Source: Verrucomicrobiota bacterium (GTDB lineage Bacteria; Verrucomicrobiota; Verrucomicrobiia; Opitutales; Cerasicoccaceae). Taken from it: DNA of 64,000 nt. The notes under the pieces are model-generated. The model ran no database searches, was not told the origin of the DNA, and worked only from the letters and a program-made list of their open reading frames with translations. Made by a program: the position numbers and the translations under genes. Where the stretch lies: the NCBI GenBank assembly GCA_039818205.1, contig JBCBUK010000001.1, positions 192,001 to 256,000 on the forward strand, read 5' to 3'. How positions within the stretch are numbered: position 1 is the first letter of the stretch; every line of letters begins with the position of its first letter. Positions 1 through 9,507 of this stretch are shown in pieces.

Positions 1-770
1 TCCTCGGCCTCTCGGAAAGTGACCCAATTATAACTAACATGGTCGCCGGAACGATCTTGGCTCGGGTATTTATTTACATGACCTGGGGCGGGCTCTATCT
101 CGTAATCACTCATTTTTTTGACGTCCAGGACGAGCTGCGCCGGACGGAATCCATCAAACAGGCCGCCCAGGTGGCCGAGTTGCAGGCGCTTCGAGCCCAG
201 ATCAATCCCCATTTCCTTTTCAACTCGCTAAACTCGGTGGTCGCCGAACTGCGGAATCCGGCCGTAGCTGAGGAAATTGCGTTAGCCCTTTCGAACTACC
301 TACGCTACTCCTTACAATACGAGGGGCAATGGCGTCCTTTTGGTGAGGAACTAGCGGCCATTGAAAGTTATCTAAGCGTTGAATCCCATCGATTTGCTGG
401 GCGGTTTGAGTATTCGGTCTCAGCGAACGAAACGACCCGCAATTTTCTCGCACCAACAGCACTCCTCTTACCCCTGGTTGAAAATGCAGTGAAGTATGGT
501 CAACAAACGAGCCCACCCCCATTACGCATTGAGATAGTCGCGAACACGGAAGATGCCATCCTGCATCTAACTGTTTCCAATACAGGAACGTGGATTGCCC
601 CCAGTGAGGATGGGCGAGACCGAATTGGCCTCGCCAACCTGCGCAGGCGGCTGGAACTTTTGGGCGAGAACGTCCACTTCGAAGTCAAACCTGTGGACAA
701 TCAAGTGGTGGCAACCATTGCATTTTCGCCATCAGTAGATACGGTAAACTGTGAGTCCATCTCAGACTAG
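1..770 (+). CDS. LytS/YehU-family sensor histidine kinase (5' end outside the window)
   Basis: Motifs LRAQINPHFLFNSLNS, LLPLVENAVKYG and IGLANLRRRL. Frame 3 is open from the window edge. Confidence 0.93.
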   Translation, partial: LGLSESDPIITNMVAGTILARVFIYMTWGGLYLVITHFFDVQDELRRTESIKQAAQVAELQALRAQINPHFLFNSLNSVVAELRNPAVAEEIALALSNYLRYSLQYEGQWRPFGEELAAIESYLSVESHRFAGRFEYSVSANETTRNFLAPTALLLPLVENAVKYGQQTSPPPLRIEIVANTEDAILHLTVSNTGTWIAPSEDGRDRIGLANLRRRLELLGENVHFEVKPVDNQVVATIAFSPSVDTVNCESISD

Positions 771-1482
771 CCTACATCTCCTTATCGTCGATGATGAGCA
801 CGCCGGGCGCGCCCGCACGCGAACGCTATTAGAATCCGAGTGCGTTGGCGCGACTATCTTCGAAGCCGAATCACTAGGCGATGCACGGGCTGTGCTGGCG
901 GGAGGACCGGTGGACGTCGTGTTTCTTGATATCCATATGCCACCTGAAAATGGCTTCGATCTATTGACGGATGTTCCACCACAAACCGCAATCGTGTTCG
1001 TGACGGCTCATGATGCCTATGCGATCCGTGCCTTCGAGGTCAATGCGGTCGACTATCTACTCAAGCCAGTCGACCCAGCACGTCTCCGAACAACATTGTT
1101 TCGACTCCAGGATAACCGCCCGGAACCCAAGGTCGCTGATCCCACTAGGCGATCAGAACAAGTAATTTTTCGAGATGGACGCTCCTGGCATCAGCTTTCG
1201 GCGAGTGAAATTGCCCTCATTCGCGCCGATGGCGCCTATTCAATCTTGGTAACAGCTGCTGGCGAAGAGTACATGGTCATCCGGTCATTGCGTGACTGGA
1301 TTGAGGCCCTTCCACAGGCGAGCTTTTTGCGCCTCAGTCGCTCATTGATCGTCAATACCACCCGAATAGACCGAGTTGATATCTCCGGTCGTGACAAGGG
1401 AGAACTATGGTTGCGCGGTTTAACACGGCCGGTTCCCCTTCGCCGAACCGCGATCAACAATCTCCGAAAAAGCCTGCCATAG
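751..1482 (+). CDS. LytTR-family response regulator
   Basis: Receiver domain (IVDDE, FLDIHMP, VTAHD, YLLKP) plus LytTR domain (FLRLSRSLIVN). Overlaps the kinase stop. Confidence 0.93.
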   Translation: MSPSQTSLHLLIVDDEHAGRARTRTLLESECVGATIFEAESLGDARAVLAGGPVDVVFLDIHMPPENGFDLLTDVPPQTAIVFVTAHDAYAIRAFEVNAVDYLLKPVDPARLRTTLFRLQDNRPEPKVADPTRRSEQVIFRDGRSWHQLSASEIALIRADGAYSILVTAAGEEYMVIRSLRDWIEALPQASFLRLSRSLIVNTTRIDRVDISGRDKGELWLRGLTRPVPLRRTAINNLRKSLP

Positions 1483-1492
1483 ATAAGTTTGA

Positions 1493-1524
1493 TGCCGGGT
1501 TCACAAACGAAATTGCCCGATTCA
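1493..1524 (+). promoter_or_regulatory. Putative LytTR binding site (imperfect direct repeat, 21-bp period)
   Basis: TGCCGGGTTCA (1493) and TGCCCGATTCA (1514) lie 21 bp apart, upstream of the FG-GAP gene. Confidence 0.45.
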
Positions 1525-1570
1525 GCCATTCGGTATTTCGCCGATCGTTAAGGATTCTCATACCATTGGC

Positions 1571-2977
1571 ATGGCTACGAACATTTTCGCTCATTTCTAC
1601 ACCAAGACAGCTACGTCTTGCTCCTCACTATTGTTAGTCGGGTCGGTCCTAATTTCTCCTTCGACAACAAACGCGATTTCCTTCCTATCAACCTACACGC
1701 TATCCGGAGATAGTTCGGGTGACGATTTCGGCACCGCAGTCAGCGGCGTCGCCGACCTAGATGGAGACAATATTCCCGACCTGCTCATCGGGGCACCCGG
1801 AGTAGTTGTCGGTAGCGGCCGAAGAGCCCAAAATTTTGGCATGGTTCGGGTCATATCCGGCTCCGATGGTTCGGTCATTCGGAGTATTATCGGCGACAAT
1901 GTAAATGGTAATCTCGGGACCTCCGTTAGCGGTTTGGGAGACATCAACAACGACGGTCGAGCTGATTTCGTTGCAGGTGCCCCCGGTAGCTCGAACGAGC
2001 TCGGCAGTGCCCACGTCTACTCGGGCCTAGATGGCTCGACCTTGCATGACTTTGACGGTTCGAGTCCCGATAGAAACTTCGGCAGCGCGGTCAGCGGCAT
2101 TGGGGATGTCGACGGTGACCAACGACCCGATATTGTTGTTGGCACTCGACTGGACTCGGTATTTACCAACGTCGGGCGCGTATCCGTATACTCTGGCGCG
2201 AACGGAAGCGAGTTGCTCGGGCTCAGCGGTGGACAGTTCGACGGACAGTTTGGCACATCAGTCGCCGGAATCGCAGATATCAACAATGATGGTCGCGCCG
2301 ATCTGGTTGTCGGAGAACCGGGAAGCAACAATCTTCGAGGTACGGTTAGAGCCATCTCGGGCAGCGATGGCGGTCAGATTTTTCAAGTTGATAACGTGGA
2401 CCTGGACGACGACTTTGGATTCTCGATAAGCGAAGCGGGCGATGTGAACAATGACGGCGTGGTGGACTTTGTCGTTGGCGCACCCGAAATTTTCTCAGGA
2501 AGCGGATACATTGCGGTCATCTCCGGAGCGGGATTTGAGGGCGGGACAGCAAATCCCGAGATTCTAAATGTATCCGGAGCAACTCAAAACGAAGCGTTTG
2601 GCCACTCCGTCAGCGGACTCGGTGATGTCAATGAAGATGGATATGATGATTTACTAATCGGGGCACCAACCGCGAGCGACAATGGCACGTTCAGCGGAAA
2701 GACAATCGTGATCTCAGGCCTCGATGGCTCGACGCTGTTCTCGTTCGTGGGGGACGGGGCGAACGATCAGTTCGGTTCATCGGTCAGCGCTGCGGGTGAC
2801 CTTAATGGCGACGGCATAACTGATTTTATTGTCGGCGCCCCAAACGGCGGTGAAAACGATGGTGGCTACGCTCGCGTATACCTGAGCCAAGTGCCGGAGC
2901 CATCGCAATTCGCGAGCATCGCGGGCGTCCTGGTACTATCGATGGTTTGGTGGCTGAAAAGAAGACCTATCGGTTAG
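1571..2977 (+). CDS. FG-GAP/integrin-alpha-type beta-propeller protein with PEP-CTERM anchor
   Basis: Signal peptide, then about 7 FG-x-S...GDxNxDGxxD..VGAP repeats. C-terminus VPEPS + TM helix + KRR. Confidence 0.9.
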   Translation: MATNIFAHFYTKTATSCSSLLLVGSVLISPSTTNAISFLSTYTLSGDSSGDDFGTAVSGVADLDGDNIPDLLIGAPGVVVGSGRRAQNFGMVRVISGSDGSVIRSIIGDNVNGNLGTSVSGLGDINNDGRADFVAGAPGSSNELGSAHVYSGLDGSTLHDFDGSSPDRNFGSAVSGIGDVDGDQRPDIVVGTRLDSVFTNVGRVSVYSGANGSELLGLSGGQFDGQFGTSVAGIADINNDGRADLVVGEPGSNNLRGTVRAISGSDGGQIFQVDNVDLDDDFGFSISEAGDVNNDGVVDFVVGAPEIFSGSGYIAVISGAGFEGGTANPEILNVSGATQNEAFGHSVSGLGDVNEDGYDDLLIGAPTASDNGTFSGKTIVISGLDGSTLFSFVGDGANDQFGSSVSAAGDLNGDGITDFIVGAPNGGENDGGYARVYLSQVPEPSQFASIAGVLVLSMVWWLKRRPIG

Positions 2978-3005
2978 CATAAAGCATTTCAACCAAAGAC
3001 ATCAC

Positions 3006-3455
3006 TCAATCACCCGCAATCTGGGCGTTATCAAGGTTTTCCAGATCCGTGCGCTGGTGAAACGTTGCGAGCCTCTTGAGCCAATGGACATAGGTCTTCT
3101 CCGTTTGCCACTGATACTGGCGAACCCGGATCAAGCGGATCAATTGATGCTGCCATTTGGAGGATGGCTCATTGCGACGAGGTCGGTTCCATTGTTTATC
3201 ACGCTCGCTGGAGAGCTTGGTGACCAAAGGCCGGGACTGTTGCGATGGACGGTGGTCAAATTGATGACCGAGACGTTTTCGTAGCCCGTTTCGGAAAAAC
3301 CAATTGATCGCGATTTTCCATTTATTCGCAATGCCGGAGCTGGCTTGCTTGGCTTCCAACACTCTCAACTTCACCGATAGCAGCCACCTAGCGCGGGCGT
3401 TTAAGAAAACGTACGGGATGACGATCTCGGAGTTCAAAGCCATTGGCGGTAACAC
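3006..3455 (-). pseudogene. Truncated integron-integrase-like tyrosine recombinase (N-terminal SAM-like domain only)
   Basis: LIRLIRVRQYQWQTEKTYVHWLKRLATFH resembles the IntI N-terminal motif (IRxRHYSxRTExxYxxWIxRFxxFH). The ORF stops before any catalytic domain. Confidence 0.7.
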
Positions 3456-3579
3456 TTGCCGAGTGGCCTAACCGCGGACCCACCAACCACACCGCGCCCA
3501 GCCAACGTATCTCATTTGTAACCTAACGTAATAAAATCAGCCGTTGACACCCTACAAGGCAAGCACAAGCTATTATGGT

Positions 3580-6402
3580 ATGATGCTTCGTAAAGCCCTG
3601 CGACCGCTGACCTTTTATTTTCAACTCTTTGCCCTGTTCGTTGCTAGTTCGATTACTGCTGTCGCAGTGACGGTTACCTTCGACCTCGATGACAAAGGCA
3701 CCCACGCCGGCGGCGGCGAGCTGGTCCAAATGATCGATTCTGGCACGGCGGCCATTGCGCCCACGGTTTCCGCCAGTGCCGGATGGTTCTTTGATTCCTG
3801 GGATACTGATTTTTCCAATGTGACAACGGACATCACAGTCAAAGCACTCTACCGCCCGGTCTTCACCGTGAGCTTCGACCTCGACGGAAAAGGAACACGC
3901 ACCGGGGGCGGCGAACTCATCCAAGAAGTCGTTTTTGGCAGCCCAGCCATCGCCCCCGAAGTCGACGCGGATACCGGCTTTGTCTTTGGCGGTTGGGACC
4001 ATGACTTCTCTTCGGTTACCGCCCATCTCCTGGTGACCGCAAAGATGCTACCCGCCTACACGGTAACGTTCGACATTAGCCCGCGAGGGACGCTTACGTC
4101 GGGGGAGTTGGTTCAGGTCGTCGGCGAGGGCCGAGCAGCAACGGCACCCGAGTTCACAGTCGATACCGACTGGGCATTTGCTAGCTGGGATACGGCCTTT
4201 GACTCCGTTGCCGAGGATGTGACGGTAATGGCAGTCTACGAGTCCACAATTCTCCCGACCTATACGGTTACGTTTGACTTAGACGGAAAAGCAACGCACA
4301 CTGGCGGCGGCAATTTGGTGCAACAGATTGAAGAAGGTGGTGCGGCGATTGAACCAGGCGTGGAAGCACTGCCCGATTTTCAGTTCGATGGCTGGGACAG
4401 CGATTTCGACAACATCACTTCGGACCTCACAGTAACGGCCAATTACACTCCGTTCTACACAGTCACCTTTGACCTTGGAGTTCATGGCACCCTCCTTGCC
4501 GGATCCTTGACCCAGAAAATTCTTGAAGGAGAACCGGCAATCCAACCGGTTTTTGCCGAAAGCGACGGCTGGGCATTTTCTGGTTGGGACCAGGGTATTT
4601 CCCGAATACTTGAAGACACAACCCTCACGGCTCAATACCTGCCCTCGAAGGACACAGTAGTTTCCGGAACCGAGATTTTCTTGAGTAGTTTAAAAAATGG
4701 ATACTTCGCCGGAGGCGTCGGTGCGCATGTCGCCATAGACGGTGACTGGGCAATTGCGTCCCGAGGCAATAATGAATTGAAAAATTATCTCGATATTTTT
4801 TCCCGAAATGAGGACGGATGGGAGCCCGTCTCTCAATTTCGTGGCCCATCCAATCGGGACTATATTTCTAACTTTTTTGGAATACCCGCAAAAATCAGCG
4901 GCAGGACAATTCTTACCCGAACAAAAAACTTAATTAATTCGGGCAAATATGACATTCATTTATACGACGGGCCAAGGCAATTTCCTGAAGACTTTGATAA
5001 CGATTTCGGCTTCAGCCAAAGTGGGTGGCAGTGCCTAGATATTGATGGCGACACACTCATCTTCGCCGTTGTCCCGAGGTTTAATTCTACGAATGACTTT
5101 AGTGGTCAGGTCCATATTTATGAACGGGGGGTTGAAGAGTGGTCGCTCGCTCAGATCTACGACGGAGACTCTACCGATTCGATAAATTCCTTTGGGAGAG
5201 CAGTTGCTATCTGTAACGATACCATCATCGTCACTGCATGGCCGAATCGGGCCAGCGACCCCGATCTAAACATTGGAGGGAGCGCCCACATCTTGGTCAG
5301 GAAGACTGATGGCACATGGGAAGAACAAGCAGTTCTGGATGCGGATTTAGACGGCGTCGCGCACATATTTGGAGGATCCGCCGCCATCTCCGGAGATACC
5401 GCCATGGTTTCGGCGGTCTGGCTTGATATAGAAACCAACACCTATAACCGAGGAATCTACGTATTCGTTCGTGCTGGCACTTTTTGGGCGCGGCAGGCTG
5501 TCATCACGACCAAAACTGATGTATCCTTTGCTAACAATAGCGAGCCCGCGTTTTCGCTTTGGGGCCGAAAACTAGTGGTTTCGGATGACGATGAGACTGG
5601 CAATCTATATACAAAAGTATTCATCCAAGATGGCAGCGTCTGGCGCGAGACGGCCCAACTACCAAGAGCTAGCAAGAATCTTTCAATTAGCGGAAATACC
5701 GTTGTCCTCGGATTTCCGAAAACGATGATCTTTGACCCCATGTATTATTGGGACCCGTGGTTTGCCACAGGCTCCGTCGTCTTCTACGATCTAGCCGCAA
5801 CAAATTATAGGGTGAGGTTTGACCTAAGCGGCCGGGCCTACCCCACGGAAGGCGGAGAACTTCTCCAAGTGATTGAACCCGGTGGGGATGCTGAGGCACC
5901 AATGACCAATAACTTAGAAGGTTGGCTTTTCACCAGTTGGAATTCCGAATTTACAAACGTTACTAGTGATCTTGTCGTAGAAGCAAATTTCCTTAGAGAC
6001 ATTGACGAAGATACAATCCCAGACGATTGGGAGAGAAAGTATTTTGCCAATCCCTTTATTGCGAATACAGAGACGAATTCCGATTCCGATGAGTTTTCTG
6101 ATGGCCAAGAATTCGTCATCGGGAGCGATCCCACTGATGGCAGCGATTACTTTACCATCACCGAACAAACTTTCAATGGAGCCAATTCGCAGCTAACTGT
6201 ACGGTTCCGCTCCAGCGACGATCACCCACAACGTCGCTACCGCATCCTCACCAGCAGCGACCTAGTACAAGACTCCTGGCAACCACTAGCGGGCGCTGAG
6301 GCAATCGTACCGGACAGTGGCGACTACACTGAATTCACGATTACTATTCCAGAATCTGACGAACGTCGTTTCTTCAAACTGGAAGCCTTTATGCAGAACT
6401 GA
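3580..6402 (+). CDS. Secreted mosaic surface protein: 6 Listeria-Bacteroides (Flg_new/InlB-B)-like repeats, FG-GAP_2-like propeller, C-terminal verrucomicrobial acidic module
   Basis: Signal peptide; repeats TVTFDLxxxG...ELxQ...AxAP...WxFxxWDxDFxxVTxDxTVxAxY; FGxxxAISGDT blades; DIDEDTIPDDWE...EFVIGSDP...RRFFKL. Start moved from TTG 3544, which coincides with a -35 box. Confidence 0.85.
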   Translation: MMLRKALRPLTFYFQLFALFVASSITAVAVTVTFDLDDKGTHAGGGELVQMIDSGTAAIAPTVSASAGWFFDSWDTDFSNVTTDITVKALYRPVFTVSFDLDGKGTRTGGGELIQEVVFGSPAIAPEVDADTGFVFGGWDHDFSSVTAHLLVTAKMLPAYTVTFDISPRGTLTSGELVQVVGEGRAATAPEFTVDTDWAFASWDTAFDSVAEDVTVMAVYESTILPTYTVTFDLDGKATHTGGGNLVQQIEEGGAAIEPGVEALPDFQFDGWDSDFDNITSDLTVTANYTPFYTVTFDLGVHGTLLAGSLTQKILEGEPAIQPVFAESDGWAFSGWDQGISRILEDTTLTAQYLPSKDTVVSGTEIFLSSLKNGYFAGGVGAHVAIDGDWAIASRGNNELKNYLDIFSRNEDGWEPVSQFRGPSNRDYISNFFGIPAKISGRTILTRTKNLINSGKYDIHLYDGPRQFPEDFDNDFGFSQSGWQCLDIDGDTLIFAVVPRFNSTNDFSGQVHIYERGVEEWSLAQIYDGDSTDSINSFGRAVAICNDTIIVTAWPNRASDPDLNIGGSAHILVRKTDGTWEEQAVLDADLDGVAHIFGGSAAISGDTAMVSAVWLDIETNTYNRGIYVFVRAGTFWARQAVITTKTDVSFANNSEPAFSLWGRKLVVSDDDETGNLYTKVFIQDGSVWRETAQLPRASKNLSISGNTVVLGFPKTMIFDPMYYWDPWFATGSVVFYDLAATNYRVRFDLSGRAYPTEGGELLQVIEPGGDAEAPMTNNLEGWLFTSWNSEFTNVTSDLVVEANFLRDIDEDTIPDDWERKYFANPFIANTETNSDSDEFSDGQEFVIGSDPTDGSDYFTITEQTFNGANSQLTVRFRSSDDHPQRRYRILTSSDLVQDSWQPLAGAEAIVPDSGDYTEFTITIPESDERRFFKLEAFMQN
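3667..4638 (+). repeat. Five tandem ~65-codon intragenic repeats (sixth copy at about 5806-5994)
   Basis: Visible in protein and DNA, e.g. ttcgacctcgatgacaaaggc vs ttcgacctcgacggaaaagga. Confidence 0.85.
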
Positions 6403-6542
6403 TCGGCAAAACTCCCCGTCGATCTATCAGAAGACTCTCTGTTCCTGTCGAGGCTGCTCTAATTGAACTCTTCCTTCCGCCCGGGAATCATTCTCAGAGT
6501 CTCGCATCCCCCTTAGGATGCCACAGGACACAAGGTCCAAAA

Positions 6543-6617
6543 TGGCTGCCCGGGCTGGGATCGAACCAGCGACAAAGTGGTTAACAGCCACCTGCTCTAC
6601 CGCTGAGCTACCGGGCA
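6543..6617 (-). tRNA. tRNA-Asn (GTT)
   Basis: Cloverleaf with TGCCCGG/CCGGGCA acceptor stem, CT-GTT-AA anticodon loop, TTCGATC T-loop and encoded CCA. Confidence 0.97.
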
Positions 6618-6631
6618 ATCAAAGTAGGCGG

Positions 6632-6659
6632 AGTATGCCTCCGACTTTCCGCTTGGCAA
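6632..6659 (-). promoter_or_regulatory. sigma70-type promoter of tRNA-Asn
   Basis: TTGCCA-N16-CATACT on the minus strand. Confidence 0.65.
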
Positions 6660-6743
6660 GGGAAAGTTTAAAAAAAATTTCCGCAGCAATTCCTGAGTCA
6701 TTTGTTTCATTTCTCAAACCGCATAAATACTAGTCTAAGCAGC

Positions 6744-7577
6744 TTACAGCGAATCATTTAAAAATGTGCGAAGCCCTTGGTTAAACAAGTCCGGGTTCTC
6801 CAAAAAACAGAAATGGCTTCCCCCCTCGGAGGCAGGAATCAGACAAAAAGACGAGCTTGGAAACTGCTCGTGAATCCACTCCTGCGACCGAGGATAACTC
6901 GCCTCCCCGGCCATTACCAAAGTCGGAATGTTGATCGTCGAAAGTATATCTCGAGAATCGCTCAATGCGGTTTCCCTCAGCAAGAATGCTGCATGACGCC
7001 GCGGCATCTTCAAATTTTCCTCGATCACCCATTCGAGTATGTCTTGCGAAACTCGCCGGGTAAACAAATTCGGCAGAAACTCGCGGGTTGCGTCTACTCC
7101 CTCCGGACTTGCTAACCGATGGCAAAGGGCCTCCAGCGAGGCGAATTCCATGTGCCCACCATAGTTGAGGCGTTCCTGCTCAGTCCAGCTGGGGTCATTC
7201 AGGATGCGAGGTGTCTGATCGATCGTCACCAGGCGTGAAATTCGATGTGACTGAAACAGCTCCCAAAAATTCCAGATCACTTTTGCCCCCATCGAATGCC
7301 CAATCAGGGTCGCAGATTCGACATTCAAATCATCGAGCCATTCTTTGAGATCCATCGCGAGCCGGCTGTGACGATAACCGCCATTGGGCTTATCCGACTC
7401 TCCATGGCCTCGCCAATCGAGCGCCAGACATCGATGGGTATTCGAAAACTCTTCGAGCTGGAATCGAAACATCGCCGCCGTCTGCGACCAGCCGGGCAGA
7501 AAAAACAGTGGGTCCCCTTCCCCGACGTCGGTGTAATGAAGCCTGACATTATCCGAAGTGGTAAACGACTTAGCCAT
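6744..7577 (-). CDS. Alpha/beta hydrolase (non-heme chloroperoxidase/arylesterase-like)
   Basis: PGWSQ oxyanion region, DWRGHGES, GHSMG nucleophile elbow, C-terminal His (GSHF). Start trimmed to MAKSF. Confidence 0.88.
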   Translation of the reverse strand: MAKSFTTSDNVRLHYTDVGEGDPLFFLPGWSQTAAMFRFQLEEFSNTHRCLALDWRGHGESDKPNGGYRHSRLAMDLKEWLDDLNVESATLIGHSMGAKVIWNFWELFQSHRISRLVTIDQTPRILNDPSWTEQERLNYGGHMEFASLEALCHRLASPEGVDATREFLPNLFTRRVSQDILEWVIEENLKMPRRHAAFLLRETALSDSRDILSTINIPTLVMAGEASYPRSQEWIHEQFPSSSFCLIPASEGGSHFCFLENPDLFNQGLRTFLNDSL

Positions 7578-7594
7578 AAAGTGAATCATCGGCA

Positions 7595-8449
7595 CTAAAA
7601 CTTCTCCGTTATGTTCTGCAGTCGATCCCACTCGGCAATATAGCGCGTTAAGTGCTCGCGTCCGTTGGCGACCTCTTTGTCGAGAAGTTCCCGCACAAGG
7701 GTCTGTTCGCGTTCGTAGGCAGCACCATCCAGCAAGCCACCGAAATGCGCCATGCGGGCCCACAACAAATGCGTCGTGAAGGCGTCGAATTCATTGTAGT
7801 CAACAACTTGCTTAACTTTGCCCAGCTCGATCAACGCCCAGACATTATCCCCGGACACGTCAACTTTGCCCGGGATACCACAGATCGTAGCCGCCTCGTG
7901 CAGCCGCGGGGTGTTTTGGCCACGCCCCAAGGCTTGCTGCAGGTCGACGTGGTAGTCACTCGCAGTGGAAAAATAGTCAACGCCCTCCCAAGGCTTGTCT
8001 GGTCGATCCCCGAAACCAAAGCCAGAGATTCCATTGACGATGGCTCTTTGGACCAAGATCGGCACATCAGCATTGCCCGAATTAAAGCCAACAAGCTGGG
8101 GCTTACTTCGCCCGATTCCTTTCAGGAATGATTCGAGAATCATACGCTCATGGCACTTCTCCGGATCTGCCGGATCGCTCGGCAGAGAAACGAGTTTCAG
8201 ATCAATACTACCGTCTTTGTGCTCCTCACGAAAAATCCCCGCGATCGAAACGATGCGGCAGAGCATCGTCTTTACCCAAGGGCGAGGATTTTCGGGGGTT
8301 GCGCCTGCGGCAGCCCACATCCGCCGAAAAGCGTCTGGAACACTGTAGGGTGGCTCATGCTTAACACCATAGAGGGCTTCTGCCGCCATGGGATCCGGGG
8401 TCCACTCAATATCGAAGGAAAGCAAGCGAGGCTGAATCGTTTTAAACAC
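7595..8449 (-). CDS. Predicted 3'-5' exonuclease of the PolB-exonuclease-like family
   Basis: ExoI FDIEW, ExoII GFNSGNADVP, GIPGK, ExoII/III YNEFDA. Confidence 0.85.
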   Translation of the reverse strand: MFKTIQPRLLSFDIEWTPDPMAAEALYGVKHEPPYSVPDAFRRMWAAAGATPENPRPWVKTMLCRIVSIAGIFREEHKDGSIDLKLVSLPSDPADPEKCHERMILESFLKGIGRSKPQLVGFNSGNADVPILVQRAIVNGISGFGFGDRPDKPWEGVDYFSTASDYHVDLQQALGRGQNTPRLHEAATICGIPGKVDVSGDNVWALIELGKVKQVVDYNEFDAFTTHLLWARMAHFGGLLDGAAYEREQTLVRELLDKEVANGREHLTRYIAEWDRLQNITEKF

Positions 8450-8659
8450 CGTGATAGAACGACGCTTAGCCAGACAAAAAGCAATTTTAAAGCAACAGCC
8501 CGAGCTTTGTAAAATCGCCGAACAACCCCTAAAACTGGTCTATAAATTGAGTTGTGTTCGAGAAGCACGAATTCTTTGATATCGACCGACCAACGAAAAC
8601 ATCGAATTGAACTGGTCCTTCGCAAGCTGCTACACGATACATTCGCCCGACTCGACCAT

Positions 8660-9379
8660 ATGAAATCCAACCTGATTACGCGCCTTCGGCACCTGCTTTA
8701 CTACAAGACGGGTTTCGCCCGCCGTCGACTGAATGATCGTTTTAACTCAGAAAAGAATATACTGTTCATTTGGATTCCGAAAACAGCCGGCACCAGCCTA
8801 TATGATGCACTCTGCCCCTTTGGGCTATACAATATGCATCGAGTGCTCGAAGCAAAATATGTCTTTCCGCAGCGGGGCTTCGTTACCTTCAACCATGTTT
8901 CTTATCAGGAACTGCGAAAACAGGAAATCGTCTCCAAATCATTTGACGATTCGTCATACAAATTCTGCTTCGTTCGCAATCCCTACAAACGAGCGATTTC
9001 GCTTTTCCAATACCTTTACGCGGACCAATCAATCATTGGGCATCCCGAACCGACATTTCTGCAGTTTTGCCAAACGCTGCAATCGGGTGAGGTGCCACCC
9101 ATCGGGCTGTACTCCGTTGAGGGCTTGAATCAGTGCAACCCGCAGTTCGATTGGATCAAACATGTCAACATGGACTTCATCGGGAAAGTCGAGAACCTGG
9201 ACCAGGATATTGTCCAATTACAGGAGGCTTTAGGCCTCACTGAATTGAACATCCCCCACTCCAACAAATCGCGAGCGAAGAAACATCCGGCCGAACTTAC
9301 GCCAGAGACAATTTCGATCCTGAATGATTTCTACCGCGAGGACTTCGACGAATTTGGCTACGACATGATGGAGCCGTAA
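8660..9379 (+). CDS. Sulfotransferase family 2 (carbohydrate sulfotransferase-like)
   Basis: 5'-PSB FIWIPKTAGTS, 3'-PB FVRNPYKRAIS, FIGKVENL, YREDFDEFGY. Confidence 0.88.
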   Translation: MKSNLITRLRHLLYYKTGFARRRLNDRFNSEKNILFIWIPKTAGTSLYDALCPFGLYNMHRVLEAKYVFPQRGFVTFNHVSYQELRKQEIVSKSFDDSSYKFCFVRNPYKRAISLFQYLYADQSIIGHPEPTFLQFCQTLQSGEVPPIGLYSVEGLNQCNPQFDWIKHVNMDFIGKVENLDQDIVQLQEALGLTELNIPHSNKSRAKKHPAELTPETISILNDFYREDFDEFGYDMMEP

Positions 9380-9507
9380 ATAAAAATTTATTCCATGATC
9401 CTTTTGAATAAGTTTTACTTCTTGATTCTTTTTGCTCGCCAGCGTAAAATTGCACTCTTTAATTCCTCTACCTTTCGCAACAGAAACCAACACACACCAC
9501 TGATATC

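Noticed and set aside
6393..6457. attC-like GCAGAAC...hairpin...GTTC after the mosaic surface gene
   Set aside because: Arm spacing is asymmetric, and the box is not complementary to the GTTGACA upstream of the gene, so the gene is not supported as a cassette.
7578..7763. N-terminal extension of the alpha/beta hydrolase
   Set aside because: Overlaps the exonuclease gene in another frame; not hydrolase-like.
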